Assembly (NCBI GenBank): GCA_002269645.1
Contig: NIVC01001378.1
Location: 186,001-250,000 of the forward strand
Source: Macrostomum lignano
Taxonomy: Eukaryota
Reading direction: 5' to 3'
Length of the DNA: 64,000 nucleotides
Shown: piece by piece, positions 14,001 to 23,536 of the stretch
How the letters are laid out: each line of letters starts with the position of its first letter
How positions within the stretch are numbered: position 1 is the stretch's first letter
Position numbers and translations under genes: made by a program
The notes under the pieces: model-generated
What the model was told of the DNA's origin: nothing
The model's input: only the letters and a program-made list of their open reading frames with translations
The model's database searches: none

Positions 14001-17000
14001 AAGAAGAAACTGGAAACCGAATACGCCAATCTATTGGCCTCTCTAGACGATATTGGCAAACAAAAAGAGGAAGCTCTCAAACAGTTGCGCAAAGTGCAGC
14101 AAGCCTACCAGACTCTGCAACACGACGCCGAGGAGGCGCTCAGCTCTAAAGACGAGCTGCTGGCCAATTATCGCGAGGCCGAGAAGCGGCTCCGCTCGTT
14201 GGAGAGCGAGCGCCAGCAGATGCTGGACGATCTGACCGCTTCGGAGCGGCAGCGGCGGACTCTGCTAAGCGAACGGGACGAACTGCTGGAGGTGGCCCGT
14301 GGCGCCGAGACGAGCCGCAACTCGCTGGCCGAAGAGAACAAAAAGTTGGAGACTCGGGTGCACCAGCTCGAGGAGGATTTGGAAGAGGAATCCGCCGAGA
14401 AGGAGGACGTTCGGGATCGGCTGAAGCGGCTGGAGGCTCAGTTGGAGGCATCGCAGGTGAGCTGTTTAAAAATCATTGATGGAGACTTGGTGCCTCAACT
14501 CATTGGTTTCTCAAATAGACAAGTGAATTTAACTTGGCTAAAAATCGATCCTGACCCAATTTATAAGAATCGCCCCTGAACCAACCGAGACAGTCGCCCC
14601 CCTGACCCAACCAAGAAAATCACCCCTGAAAACCCCTGAAAATCACCCCTGACCCGACCAAGAGAATCGCCCCTGCGGCCCTAACCCAACCGAGAGAATC
14701 TCCCCTGACCCAACCAAGAGAATCGCCCCTGACCCAACCAAGAGAATTCCCCCCTGACCCAACCAAGAGAATCTCCCCTGACCCAACTGAAAGAATCGCC
14801 CCCTGACCCAACCAAGAGAATCTCCCCTGACCCAACCGAGAGAATTGCCCCCTGACCCAACCAAGAGAATCTCCCCAGACCCAACTGAAAGAATCGCCCC
14901 CTGACCCAACCGAGAGAATCTCCCCTGACCCAACCAAGAGAATCTCCCCTGACCCAACCGAGAGAATTGCCCCCTGACCCAACCAAGAGAATCTCCCCAG
15001 ACCCAACTGAAAGAATCGCCCCCTGACCCAACCGAGAGAATCTCCCCTGACCCAACCAAGAGAATCGCCCCTGACCCAACCCGCAGGTGGATCTCCAGAA
15101 CGAGCGAGCTGCAGCCCAGAAGGCGGAGTCGCAGCGCATTAGCCTGGACCGGCAGAACAAAGAGCTGCTGGCTAAGCTAGCCGACCTTGAGCAGGAGAAC
15201 TCTCGCAAAGGTCGCGCTCAAGTGGCCGCTCTCGAAGGCCGGATCGCCAGTCTGGAGGAGCAACTGGAAGTCGAGTCCAAGGAGCGCGTCAAAGAGAACC
15301 GCTCGTCCAGAAAGCTTGAGCGCCGACTCAAAGAGCTCATGCTCCAAGTTGAAGACGAACGTCGCAACGCCGACCAACTGAGACAGCAGGCCGACAAAGT
15401 TCAAGCCGAGAAGAAGAAAGTCAAACGCGAACAGCAGGACCTAGAGGAGGAGCTCACTCAGCAGAAGGCCCAACGTCGTCGGCTACAGCGAGATTACGAC
15501 GATCTTGTCGAAGCCAAAGAAACCCTGGACAGAGAGGTGCAATCGTTGCGCAAGCAAGTGCAGCGGTGAGTTTATTAAATGGCTCTTTTATAATCTACTG
15601 AAGAGTAGTAGTAGTAGTAGCACAATAATTTCTTTGAATTGTATGTTTTTTAATAACAGTTTTTTAATAAAATTCTTAGGACCTTACATTTTATTACATA
15701 GCAATATGGTCATTTTTGGTCATCATACAACTCTTGTCATGATCACGTTAAAGGTCGTGGACTGTTTGAAATTGTCATAGACTGTTGGCAGTCATAGACA
15801 ATTCAGGTCATGGACAGTTTAGTCATGGAAAAAGTCACGGACAGTTAGGCCATAGACAAAGTCACGAACAGTTAGGCTATAGACAAAGTCACGAACAGTT
15901 AAGGCCATAGAGAAAGTCACGGACAGTTAGGCTATAGACAAAGTCACGAACAGTTAGGTCATAGACAAAGTCACGGACAGTTAGGCCATAGACAAAGTCA
16001 CGGACAGTTAGGCCATAGACAAAGTCACGAACAGTTAGGTCATAGACAAAGTCACGGACAGTTAGGCCATAGACAAAGTCACGGACAGTTAGGCCATAGA
16101 CAAAGTCACGAACAGTTAGGCCATAGACAAAGTCACGAACAGTTAGGCCATAGACAAAGTCACGAACAGTTAGGCCATAGACAAAGTCACGGACAGTTAG
16201 GCCATAGACAAAGTCACGAACAGTTAGGCCATAGACAAAGTCACGAACAGTTAGGTCATAGACAAAGTCACGAACAGTTAGGCCATAGACAAAGTCACGA
16301 ACAGTTAAGGCCATAGACAAAGTCTTAGACAAGTTTTGCTTGAGAACTTGAACTTGGATCATGTGAATGACTTAGATTTGTTTGTTTGGTTGACTTCACC
16401 TTAACTTACCCAATTTGTTAACGATCAATCATATTAACTAAACAAGTTGCTACGCAAGCTAATCTTTTAAAATGGTTTTTCAACTAATGCTAAAAATCAA
16501 ATTTCGGAAGTAGTTGATTTTTCACCAAGCCAATTATTGCGATGAAAACAATTGCTATAAAATTCACTGTATGCACTACTTACAGGCGGATATTGGGACT
16601 GTAAGTTTCGCTTAGCACAGTTTATATTTGCTTTGTTCTTTTCGGCATAGAACTTGCCCCTTGATTAGAATGTACTTCTTTGGTATTTCACACCTTTATT
16701 GGTTAAGTTTTCACGTGGTTTAAGTCATTTCCTTTACTTAGCGATAAACTTTCTAGCACAGCACCCACCCTGTGTTGTTCATCTGCAATTTATTCATATC
16801 ATATTCTTTATTAGTGTGTTCTTCGTTTCATTTATTATTAGATTTTTGTACGGGTGTGCCGTGTTGCTCCAGTCTAGATGGTCCCCTGTTTTTTCTCTGT
16901 TCTGGTTATATACACTGCTGACAGACAGGCAGACAGACAATAAGACAGACAGACAGACAGACAGCCAACACAGACCGTACCTAGACAAACAAACATGCTT

Positions 17001-19293
17001 ATAACACCGACACATCCCAAGACAGACAATTTTTATTCTGATTTTCAGTTTTTTCTACTGTTAGTAGTGTTATTTGCAAATTGCGTTCAAATTCTGTGTT
17101 AAAAGCCGCAAATCAAAATAATCTAACATACAAGTATACTTTTTGTACGCTACTGGTTTCTTATTTTTCCACCCCCCACTCGCCTAACCGGGGACCTCCC
17201 GCCGTGCAAATTTCAGCAAAGAGAGCTCGCCCTCTCAGTAGACTGACTCCCCCACTTCTCCAGCAAATTGCATTGCTGCGGAAGCAATAACGGACTACTT
17301 TAAAGATGATGAAAATTAGTTATCCGAACAAAGAAATCAATATTGCAAACTGCTTGTGCATGTCAATTACTAATTAATAATTATAATAAAAAATTAGGTA
17401 AAAAATATGAAGGCTAGTAGAGTATCTACGAGACTGTAACCTAAAAATCAGTGCTGGAAAGCAAAGTTAAAGTACGACGGAGAATTCGGAAGTCCCCAGC
17501 GGCAGTATGGAAGTTTGCAGGCACCACACGTAAATAATTTACATATCTTTTGCTTATCCTTTCGCTTTTGTTGCTCAACTTTTATTCTACCCTAAATATT
17601 AATAATTGCATGCCGATTTGTATGCTTTGCCAGACATTTTCTATCTACAACGGAATGTTATTGTTTACCTGCCGGTAGATTGTGCATCTATCTACTGTCA
17701 GTAGAGTGTGTGAGTGTGTCTACCTGCCAGTAGATTGTGCATCTATCTACTGTCAGTAGTGTGTGTGAGTGTGTCTACCTGCCGGTAGATAGTGCATCTA
17801 TCTACTGTCAGTAGTGTGTGTGAGTGTGTCTACCTGCCGGTAGATAGTGCATCTATCTACTGTCAGTAGTGTGTGTGAGTGTGTCTACCTGCCGGTAGAT
17901 AGTGCATCTATCTACTGTCAGTAGTGTGTGTGAGTGTGTCTACCTGCCGGTAGATAGTGCATCTATCTACTGTCAGTAGTGTGTGTGAGTGTGTCTACCT
18001 GCCGGTAGATTGTGCATCTATCTACTGTCAGTAGAGTGTAAGTGTGTCTACTTGCATCTACATCAATAAGTATCAATATGCCCCTAAGGCTGCAGTTCTT
18101 CAGCTGATCAGTTAGCGACTGGCATGTGACCGTCTTGAATTGTTTAAACAGTTTTTGTTGCATTTAGCGTATGTTGTTTGGCTATACGATGTCAAAATGC
18201 CAGGTAAAAGGTATAAGGTGTTATACAGTACAAAAAGACACTTTTTAAGCCCCCGTTGTAAATTTAACCGCATGCAAAAAGGCAAAATGTTTTTGTTGCA
18301 TGCCGGATGTGACAAACAAGGCGAATTAGTGGGTGCCTCACAATGCCACTTTCAGGTCTTGCACTTCAGCTCATTTAACTACTTGGTTAGTGGTTTGAAA
18401 ATAAAAAAATACTGTCATATTTTAACTACATAGACATTTATTCGAGTATTAAGCGAAAGAATTTAAATTATTTAAAAGTGATTCAACAGTATAAAGATAC
18501 GTCTTTTATCTACCCGTCAATAACTATTAAAGTTTATTTAACTTGTCACTTGAAATTTGGCAAATCAGAGTGCAACACATTAAGCGCTTTTCAACTTTTT
18601 AATTTGCCGTCCATGCAGTTATCTAGGTCAAAGGGTGTTAGCTCCCCCTTTGAAGTTTGCCGCCCAGTTATCTAGGGTCTAAGGGTGTTGGCTCCCCCTT
18701 TGAAGTTTGCCGCCCAGTTATCTAGGGTCTAAGGGTGTTGGCTCCCCCTTTGAAGTTTGCCGCCCAGTTATCTAGGGTCTAAGGGTTTTGGCTCCCCTTT
18801 GAAGTTTGCCGCCCAGTTATCTAGGGTCTAAGGGTGTTGGCTCCCCTTTAAAGTTTGCCGCCCAGTTATCTAGGGTCTAAGGGTGTTGGCTCCCCTTTGA
18901 AGTTTGCCGCCCAGTTATCTAGGGTCTAAGGGTGTTGGCTCCCATTTGAAGTTTGCCGCCCAGTTATCCGATATTAAGGGTAAAAGGAAGAGCTGTGTTC
19001 CACTTTGAAGTTTGCCGCCCAGTCATAAATAAAACATCAGATTAAAAGCCTAACTACAATCTGAGACCAGCTTCCTCAGCAGACAGACCCGATCATTAAA
19101 GGCTGCTGCCTCCTTGCCTTCTCATCAACCCCGCAGGGATCGGGTTGGCGGTGGTCGTTCCCGACGCCATCGCGATCTGGCCGGCGGAGCGGCCGATTTC
19201 TCGGACAGCGCTCTGGACGACCAGTCCTCGGTGGCCACCGATCAACAGGTTGAAGGCGATGGCGGTCGAGGCGACAGTCACGAGGCCGACTGA
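4994..19293 (+). CDS. MYH9/MYH10: Non-muscle myosin II heavy chain (MYH9/MYH10/zipper-type), 5'-partial, 11 exons, ~1720 aa in window
   Basis: GT-AG exons joined in consistent phase: 4994-5092, 5190-5333, 5922-6017, 6116-7560, 8443-9165, 10680-11018, 11930-12370, 12775-13356, 13797-14456, 15087-15565, 19137-19293. Motor motifs LLEKARV, switch [73 protein letters not shown] (non-muscle/smooth type), IQ region, long heptad coiled-coil rod, non-helical tail ending in TGA at 19291-19293. Confidence 0.95.
5190..5333 (+). CDS. MYH9/MYH10: Myosin II exon (motor)
   Basis: cag|GC ACT...CAC T|gtgag; [15 protein letters not shown]...[12 protein letters not shown]. Confidence 0.92.
5480..5900. repeat. 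21-bp intronic minisatellite AATCCAAATCCCCAAACTGAT
   Basis: Inside myosin intron 5334-5921. Confidence 0.9.
5922..6017 (+). CDS. MYH9/MYH10: Myosin II exon (motor)
   Basis: cag|CG ATC...ACA A|gtgcg; [30 protein letters not shown]. Confidence 0.9.
6116..7560 (+). CDS. MYH9/MYH10: Myosin II exon (switch II, relay, converter, IQ motifs)
   Basis: Core of ORF 6106-7641; cag|AC GCC ... GTT CAG|gtaaaa. Confidence 0.96.
7640..7971. repeat. 20-bp intronic minisatellite TTTTCAAGGTCATTCAGTTG, interrupted by the MITE
   Basis: Tandem units; a degenerate unit resumes at 8364. Confidence 0.88.
7972..8363. mobile_element. 392-bp non-autonomous foldback/MULE-like MITE with 9-bp TSD
   Basis: Left end GGGTCGCTTCACAAGCTCAAAATTT; right end reverse complement GGGTTGCTTTCACAAGCTCGAAATTT; GTTTTCAAG at 7963-7971 and 8364-8372. 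Confidence 0.85.
8443..9165 (+). CDS. MYH9/MYH10: Myosin II exon (S2/coiled coil)
   Basis: cag|GCT AAA GAC ... TTT CAG|gttag; [17 protein letters not shown]. Confidence 0.93.
9205..10490. repeat. 32-bp intronic minisatellite CCTTCAGGGGTTGTTCCTACCCTCCATCTGAA
   Basis: Tandem units. Confidence 0.93.
10680..11018 (+). CDS. MYH9/MYH10: Myosin II exon (rod)
   Basis: cag|GCA AAG ... CTG CAG|gtgag; [17 protein letters not shown]. Confidence 0.93.
11055..11860. repeat. 30-bp intronic minisatellite CTGAAGCTATCCTGAAGTGATTGTATAGCC
   Basis: Tandem units. Confidence 0.93.
11930..12370 (+). CDS. MYH9/MYH10: Myosin II exon (rod)
   Basis: cag|GAG CAA ... GAG CAG|gtatgg; heptad pattern. Confidence 0.92.
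12385..12710. repeat. ~30-bp intronic minisatellite CCCCCTGAAGCTATCCTGAGAGGGACACTA
   Basis: Shares CTGAAGCTATCCTGA with the previous array. Confidence 0.88.
12775..13356 (+). CDS. MYH9/MYH10: Myosin II exon (rod)
   Basis: cag|GAG CAG ... GAC GAG|gtaaga; LERKQKKFD. Confidence 0.92.
13380..13735. repeat. 39-bp intronic minisatellite GCAGAGCCATTCCCTTCTAGTAGCAAACTGGAG-type
   Basis: About 9 units; produces the [11 protein letters not shown] read-through ORF. Confidence 0.92.
13797..14456 (+). CDS. MYH9/MYH10: Myosin II exon (rod)
   Basis: cag|GTG GAG ... TCG CAG|gtgag; [14 protein letters not shown]. Confidence 0.92.
14570..15082. repeat. ~25-bp intronic minisatellite CCCTGACCCAACCAAGAGAATCGCC
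   Basis: Runs up to the acceptor at 15086. Confidence 0.9.
15087..15565 (+). CDS. MYH9/MYH10: Myosin II exon (end of rod)
   Basis: cag|GTG GAT ... CAG CG|gtgag; [17 protein letters not shown]. Confidence 0.92.
15790..16325. repeat. 27-bp intronic minisatellite GCCATAGACAAAGTCACGGACAGTTAG
   Basis: Tandem units. Confidence 0.92.
16586..16600 (+). CDS. Candidate 15-nt microexon in myosin tailpiece (adds RILGL)
   Basis: cttacag|GCGGATATTGGGACT|gtaagt; frame-preserving, no stop codon; inferred from splice signals only. Confidence 0.45.
17665..18056. repeat. 55-bp minisatellite with internal hairpins, ~7 copies
   Basis: Period of 55; GTAGATAG-tgcat-CTATCTAC stem. Confidence 0.9.
18630..19023. 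repeat. 50-bp minisatellite, ~8 copies
   Basis: TGAAGTTTGCCGCCCAGTTATCTAGGG... with period 50. Confidence 0.9.
19137..19293 (+). CDS. MYH9/MYH10: Myosin II terminal coding exon (non-helical tailpiece)
   Basis: ccccgcag|G completes the phase-2 CG|G codon; [11 protein letters not shown]...[11 protein letters not shown]...EAD*; GC-rich, followed by AT-rich repeat-free sequence. Confidence 0.8.
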
Positions 19294-20760
19294 AGCCGCT
19301 TAAAGTAGCCGGCCTATCTACCAGCAACTTGTAATCAAGCAATTAACACTATTTCAATTGTTATTCATCGAACTGCAGAGTTTGCTGTGTGTGCGCGCGA
19401 CTATTATAGCTTCATGGTTTTATAGTAGTACTGTTAGTAGCAGTAGTAATTAGTTTATTTAAAAGCCGTTTTAGGGGTTTTCAAAAATGTTTAAGCTCAA
19501 AAAACTTATATAAATAAATTAATCTTTGCCTTATTATTTTTGTTGCCTAACAATACTACTACTACTAGAGAATTTGCTATTGGTATTTTTCAATATTTAC
19601 TGCACACTTTTGCATTAACTAATTATTTATATTCTAATACATTTCTACGCTAAGTGGCTAAATGCTAATACCTATTGTAAATCGTCACCCGTTTCCAATG
19701 AAGACGCGCGGTTGTTAAATCGGTAATTAGTAGTAGTTTGCGTGTTTTTTGTTATTTAAATTCCACGAGTTTTTCTCTGATTGAAATTGTGTATTCCAAA
19801 AATTTCTCCATCATTGCCAGCTTTTGTTTTTGTACCGTTTTTTGTTTTTTTCGATACATATCGTCAATACCCGTTGTAAACTTCCCGCCGTTGGCTGTCG
19901 AATGTTACCTCCCTCCTCCTACGCCTGAAAAAATGAATCCAGATGCGCCACTTTCTTTGTTTCAAATTGCTAAATTGAAGAAGTCCAGCGCGTTACTCAA
20001 GTAGGCTTTCTGCTATTTTGTTATTGCTGTTAATTCATATTTCAATCCAGTTTTTGTCTCTGTTTAATAATAATAATATTTTACTACTATTCTTACTGCT
20101 TATTTTGCCACTGAAAGTAGTGTCATTAGCGTTTTGTTAATTTATACATATATTTTTGTTTAAATTTTTTCAACTAATATTCTGTGGCTATCGGTGCTAA
20201 AAATTATTAATAAAACTTTATTATTCCTGTCAATATTTGAATTCAATTTCATCCGCCTCTTGTTTGCTATTAGGCTATAAGAAAGACGAAAGAAAAAAAC
20301 ACTGTTTTGTACTACTGAGCAAGCGCAACTGCGGCTTTAACACTCCGTTTTATATATATTATTATTTACTATTGATCATTGTGCATCTCTGTGCCATTTT
20401 GCCTTCCCGTTTTCTATCTTTATTTATGCTTAAAATTGTATTAATATTGATCATCGAGTTTTACTATGTACTAAAATTAATTCTCACTAATAGTAATTAT
20501 ACTACTATACTCCAGAAACCGCTTAGCAACCAAACTATATTTATGAACTGCATCTGCCTATTGCCCCACGTTTCTTTGTTGATTCTGTTTTATTGAACTT
20601 TCGCCTAGAAGCTTAACAAGCTTATTAATTTGCTATTCTATACAAGCTCTATTAACAATTCGACAGTTGCCATGCATGCCGGAAAAACTATAATTCTATA
20701 TTATTAAAACAAAGGACTAAGCGATCATTAAATTATAAATAAATAGGAAATGAGCGGTGA
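19294..20760 (+). other. Probable myosin 3' UTR with several polyadenylation signals
   Basis: AT-rich and free of minisatellites; AATAAA at 19513, 20209 and 20738; true end unknown. Confidence 0.5.
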
Positions 20761-20859
20761 GCTTTTCACAAGTTGATTGAACTGCTAGTTTTCCTATTTT
20801 AACTTGGTAGAAGCTTTTTATTGTCACGTTCATTTCGGGCGGGGTGGTATTAAGATCGA

Positions 20860-23536
20860 AGGGTCAGAGTTGATGGCGGTCATCAGATCAAGGATCAGAA
20901 TAGCTGGCGGTCAGATCAAAGAATCAGAATAGATGGTGGTCAGATCAAAGGATCAGAATAGCTGGCGGTCAGATCAAAGGATCAGAGTTGATGGCGGTCA
21001 GATGAAAGGATCAGAATAGCTGGCGGTCAGATCAAAGGATCAAAGTTGATGGCGGTCAGATCAAAGGATCAGAATAGCTGGCGGTCAGATCAAAGGATCA
21101 GAGTTGATGGCGGTCAGATGAAAGGATCAGAATAGATGGCGGTCAGATCAAAGGATCAAAGTTGATGGCGGTCAGATCAAAGGATCAGAATAGCTGGCGG
21201 TCAGATCAAAGGATCAGAGTTGATGGCGGTCAGATGAAAGGATCAGAATAGATGGCGGTCAGATCAAAGGATCAAAGTTGATGGCGGTCAGATCAAAGGA
21301 TCAGAATAGCTGGCGGTCAGATCAAAGGATCAAAGTTGATGGCGGTCAGATCAAAGGATCAGAATAGATGGCGGTCAGATCAAAGGATCAGAGTTGATGG
21401 CGGTCAGATCAAAGGATCAGAGTTGATGGCGGTCAGATCAAAGGATCAGAGTTGATGGCGGTCAGATTAAAGGATCAGAATAGATGGCGGTCAGATCAAA
21501 GGATCAGAGTTGATGGCGGTCAGATCAAAGGATCAGAATAGATGGCGGTCAGATCAAAGGATCAGAGTTGATGGCGGTCAGATCAAAGGATCAGAATAGA
21601 TGGCGGTCAGATCAAAGGATCAGAGTTGATGGCGGTCAGATTAAAGGATCAGAGTTGATGGCGGTCAGATCAAAGGATCAGAATAGCTGGCGGTCAGATC
21701 AAAGGATCAAAGTTGATGGCGGTCAGATCAAATGATCAGAATAGCTGGCGGTCAGATCAAAGGATCAGAGTTGATGGCGGTCAGATGAAAGGATCAGAAT
21801 AGATGGCGGTCAGATCAAAGGATCAAAGTTGATGGCGGTCAGATCAAAGGATCAGAATAGCTGGCGGTCAGATCAAAGGATCAGAGTTGATGGCGGTCAG
21901 ATGAAAGGATCAGAATAGATGGCGGTCAGATCAAAGGATCAAAGTTGATGGCGGTCAGATCAAAGGATCAGAATAGCTGGCGGTCAGATCAAAGGATCAG
22001 AGTTGATGGCGGTCAGATGAAAGGATCAGAATAGATGGCGGTCAGATCAAAGGATCAGAGTTGATGGCGGTCAGATCAAAGGATCAGAATAGATGGCGGT
22101 CAGATCAAAGGATCAGAATAGATGGCGTCAGCTCAAAGGATCAGAGTTGATGGCGGTCAGATGAAAGGATCAGAATAGATGGCGGTCAGATCAAAGGATC
22201 AAAGTTGATGGCGGTCAGATCAAAGGATCAGAATAGATGGCGGTCAGATCAAAGGATCAAAGTTGATGGCGGTCAGATCAAAGGATCAGAATAGATGGCG
22301 GTCAGATCAAAGGATCAGAGTTGATGGCGGTCAGATGAAAGGATCAGAATAGATGGCGGTCAGATCAAAGGATCAAAGTTGATGGCGGTCAGATCAAAGG
22401 ATCAGAATAGATGGCGGTCAGATCAAAGGATCAGAGTTGATGGCGGTCAGATCAAAGGATCAGAGTTGATGGCGGTCAGATCAAAGGATCAGAATAGATG
22501 GCGGTCAGATCAAAGGATCAGAGTTGATGGCGGTCAGATTAAAGGATCAGAATAGATGGCGGTCAGATCAAAGGATCAGAGTTGATGGCGGTCAGATCAA
22601 AGGATCAGAATAGATGGCGGTCAGATCAAAGGATCAGAGTTGATCGCGGTCAGATCAAAGGATCAGAGTTGATGGCGGTCAGATTAAAGGATCAGAGTTG
22701 ATGGCGGTCAGATTAAAGGATCAGAGTTGATGGCGGTCAGATCAAAGGATCAGAATAGATGGCGGTCAGATCAAAGGATCAGAGTTGATGGCGGTCAGAT
22801 CAAAGGATCAGAGTTGATGGCGGTCAGATGAAAGGATCAGAATAGATGGCGGTCAGATCAAAGGATCAGAGTTGATGGCGGTCAGATCAAAGGATCAGAG
22901 TTGATGGCGGTCAGATGAAAGGATCAGAATAGATGGCGGTCAGATCAAAGGATCAGAGTTGATGGCGGTCAGATTAAAGGATCAGAGTTGATGGCGGTCA
23001 GATCAAAGGATCAGAGTTGATGGCGGTCAGATCAAAGGATCAGAATAGATGGCGGTCAGATCAAAGGATCAGAGTTGATGGCGGTCAGATTAAAGGATCA
23101 GAATAGATGGCGGTCAGATCAAAGGATCAGAGTTGATGGCGGTCAGATCAAAGGATCAGAATAGATGGCGGTCAGATCAAAGGATCAGAGTTGATCGCGG
23201 TCAGATCAAAGGATCAGAGTTGATGGCGGTCAGATTAAAGGATCAGAGTTGATGGCGGTCAGATTAAAGGATCAGAGTTGATGGCGGTCAGATCAAAGGA
23301 TCAGAATAGATGGCGGTCAGATCAAAGGATCAGAGTTGATGGCGGTCAGATCAAAGGATCAGAGTTGATGGCGGTCAGATGAAAGGATCAGAATAGATGG
23401 CGGTCAGATCAAAGGATCAGAGTTGATGGCGGTCAGATCAAAGGATCAGAGTTGATGGCGGTCAGATGAAAGGATCAGAATAGATGGCGGTCAGATCAAA
23501 GGATCAGAGTTGATGGCGGTCAGATTAAAGGATCAG
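20860..23536. repeat. 29-bp satellite GATGGCGGTCAGATCAAAGGATCAGAGTT with alternating GAGTT/GAATA variants
   Basis: About 2.7 kb; the family recurs at ~23810-24696 and ~25550-26436, with 30-bp variants. Confidence 0.95.
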
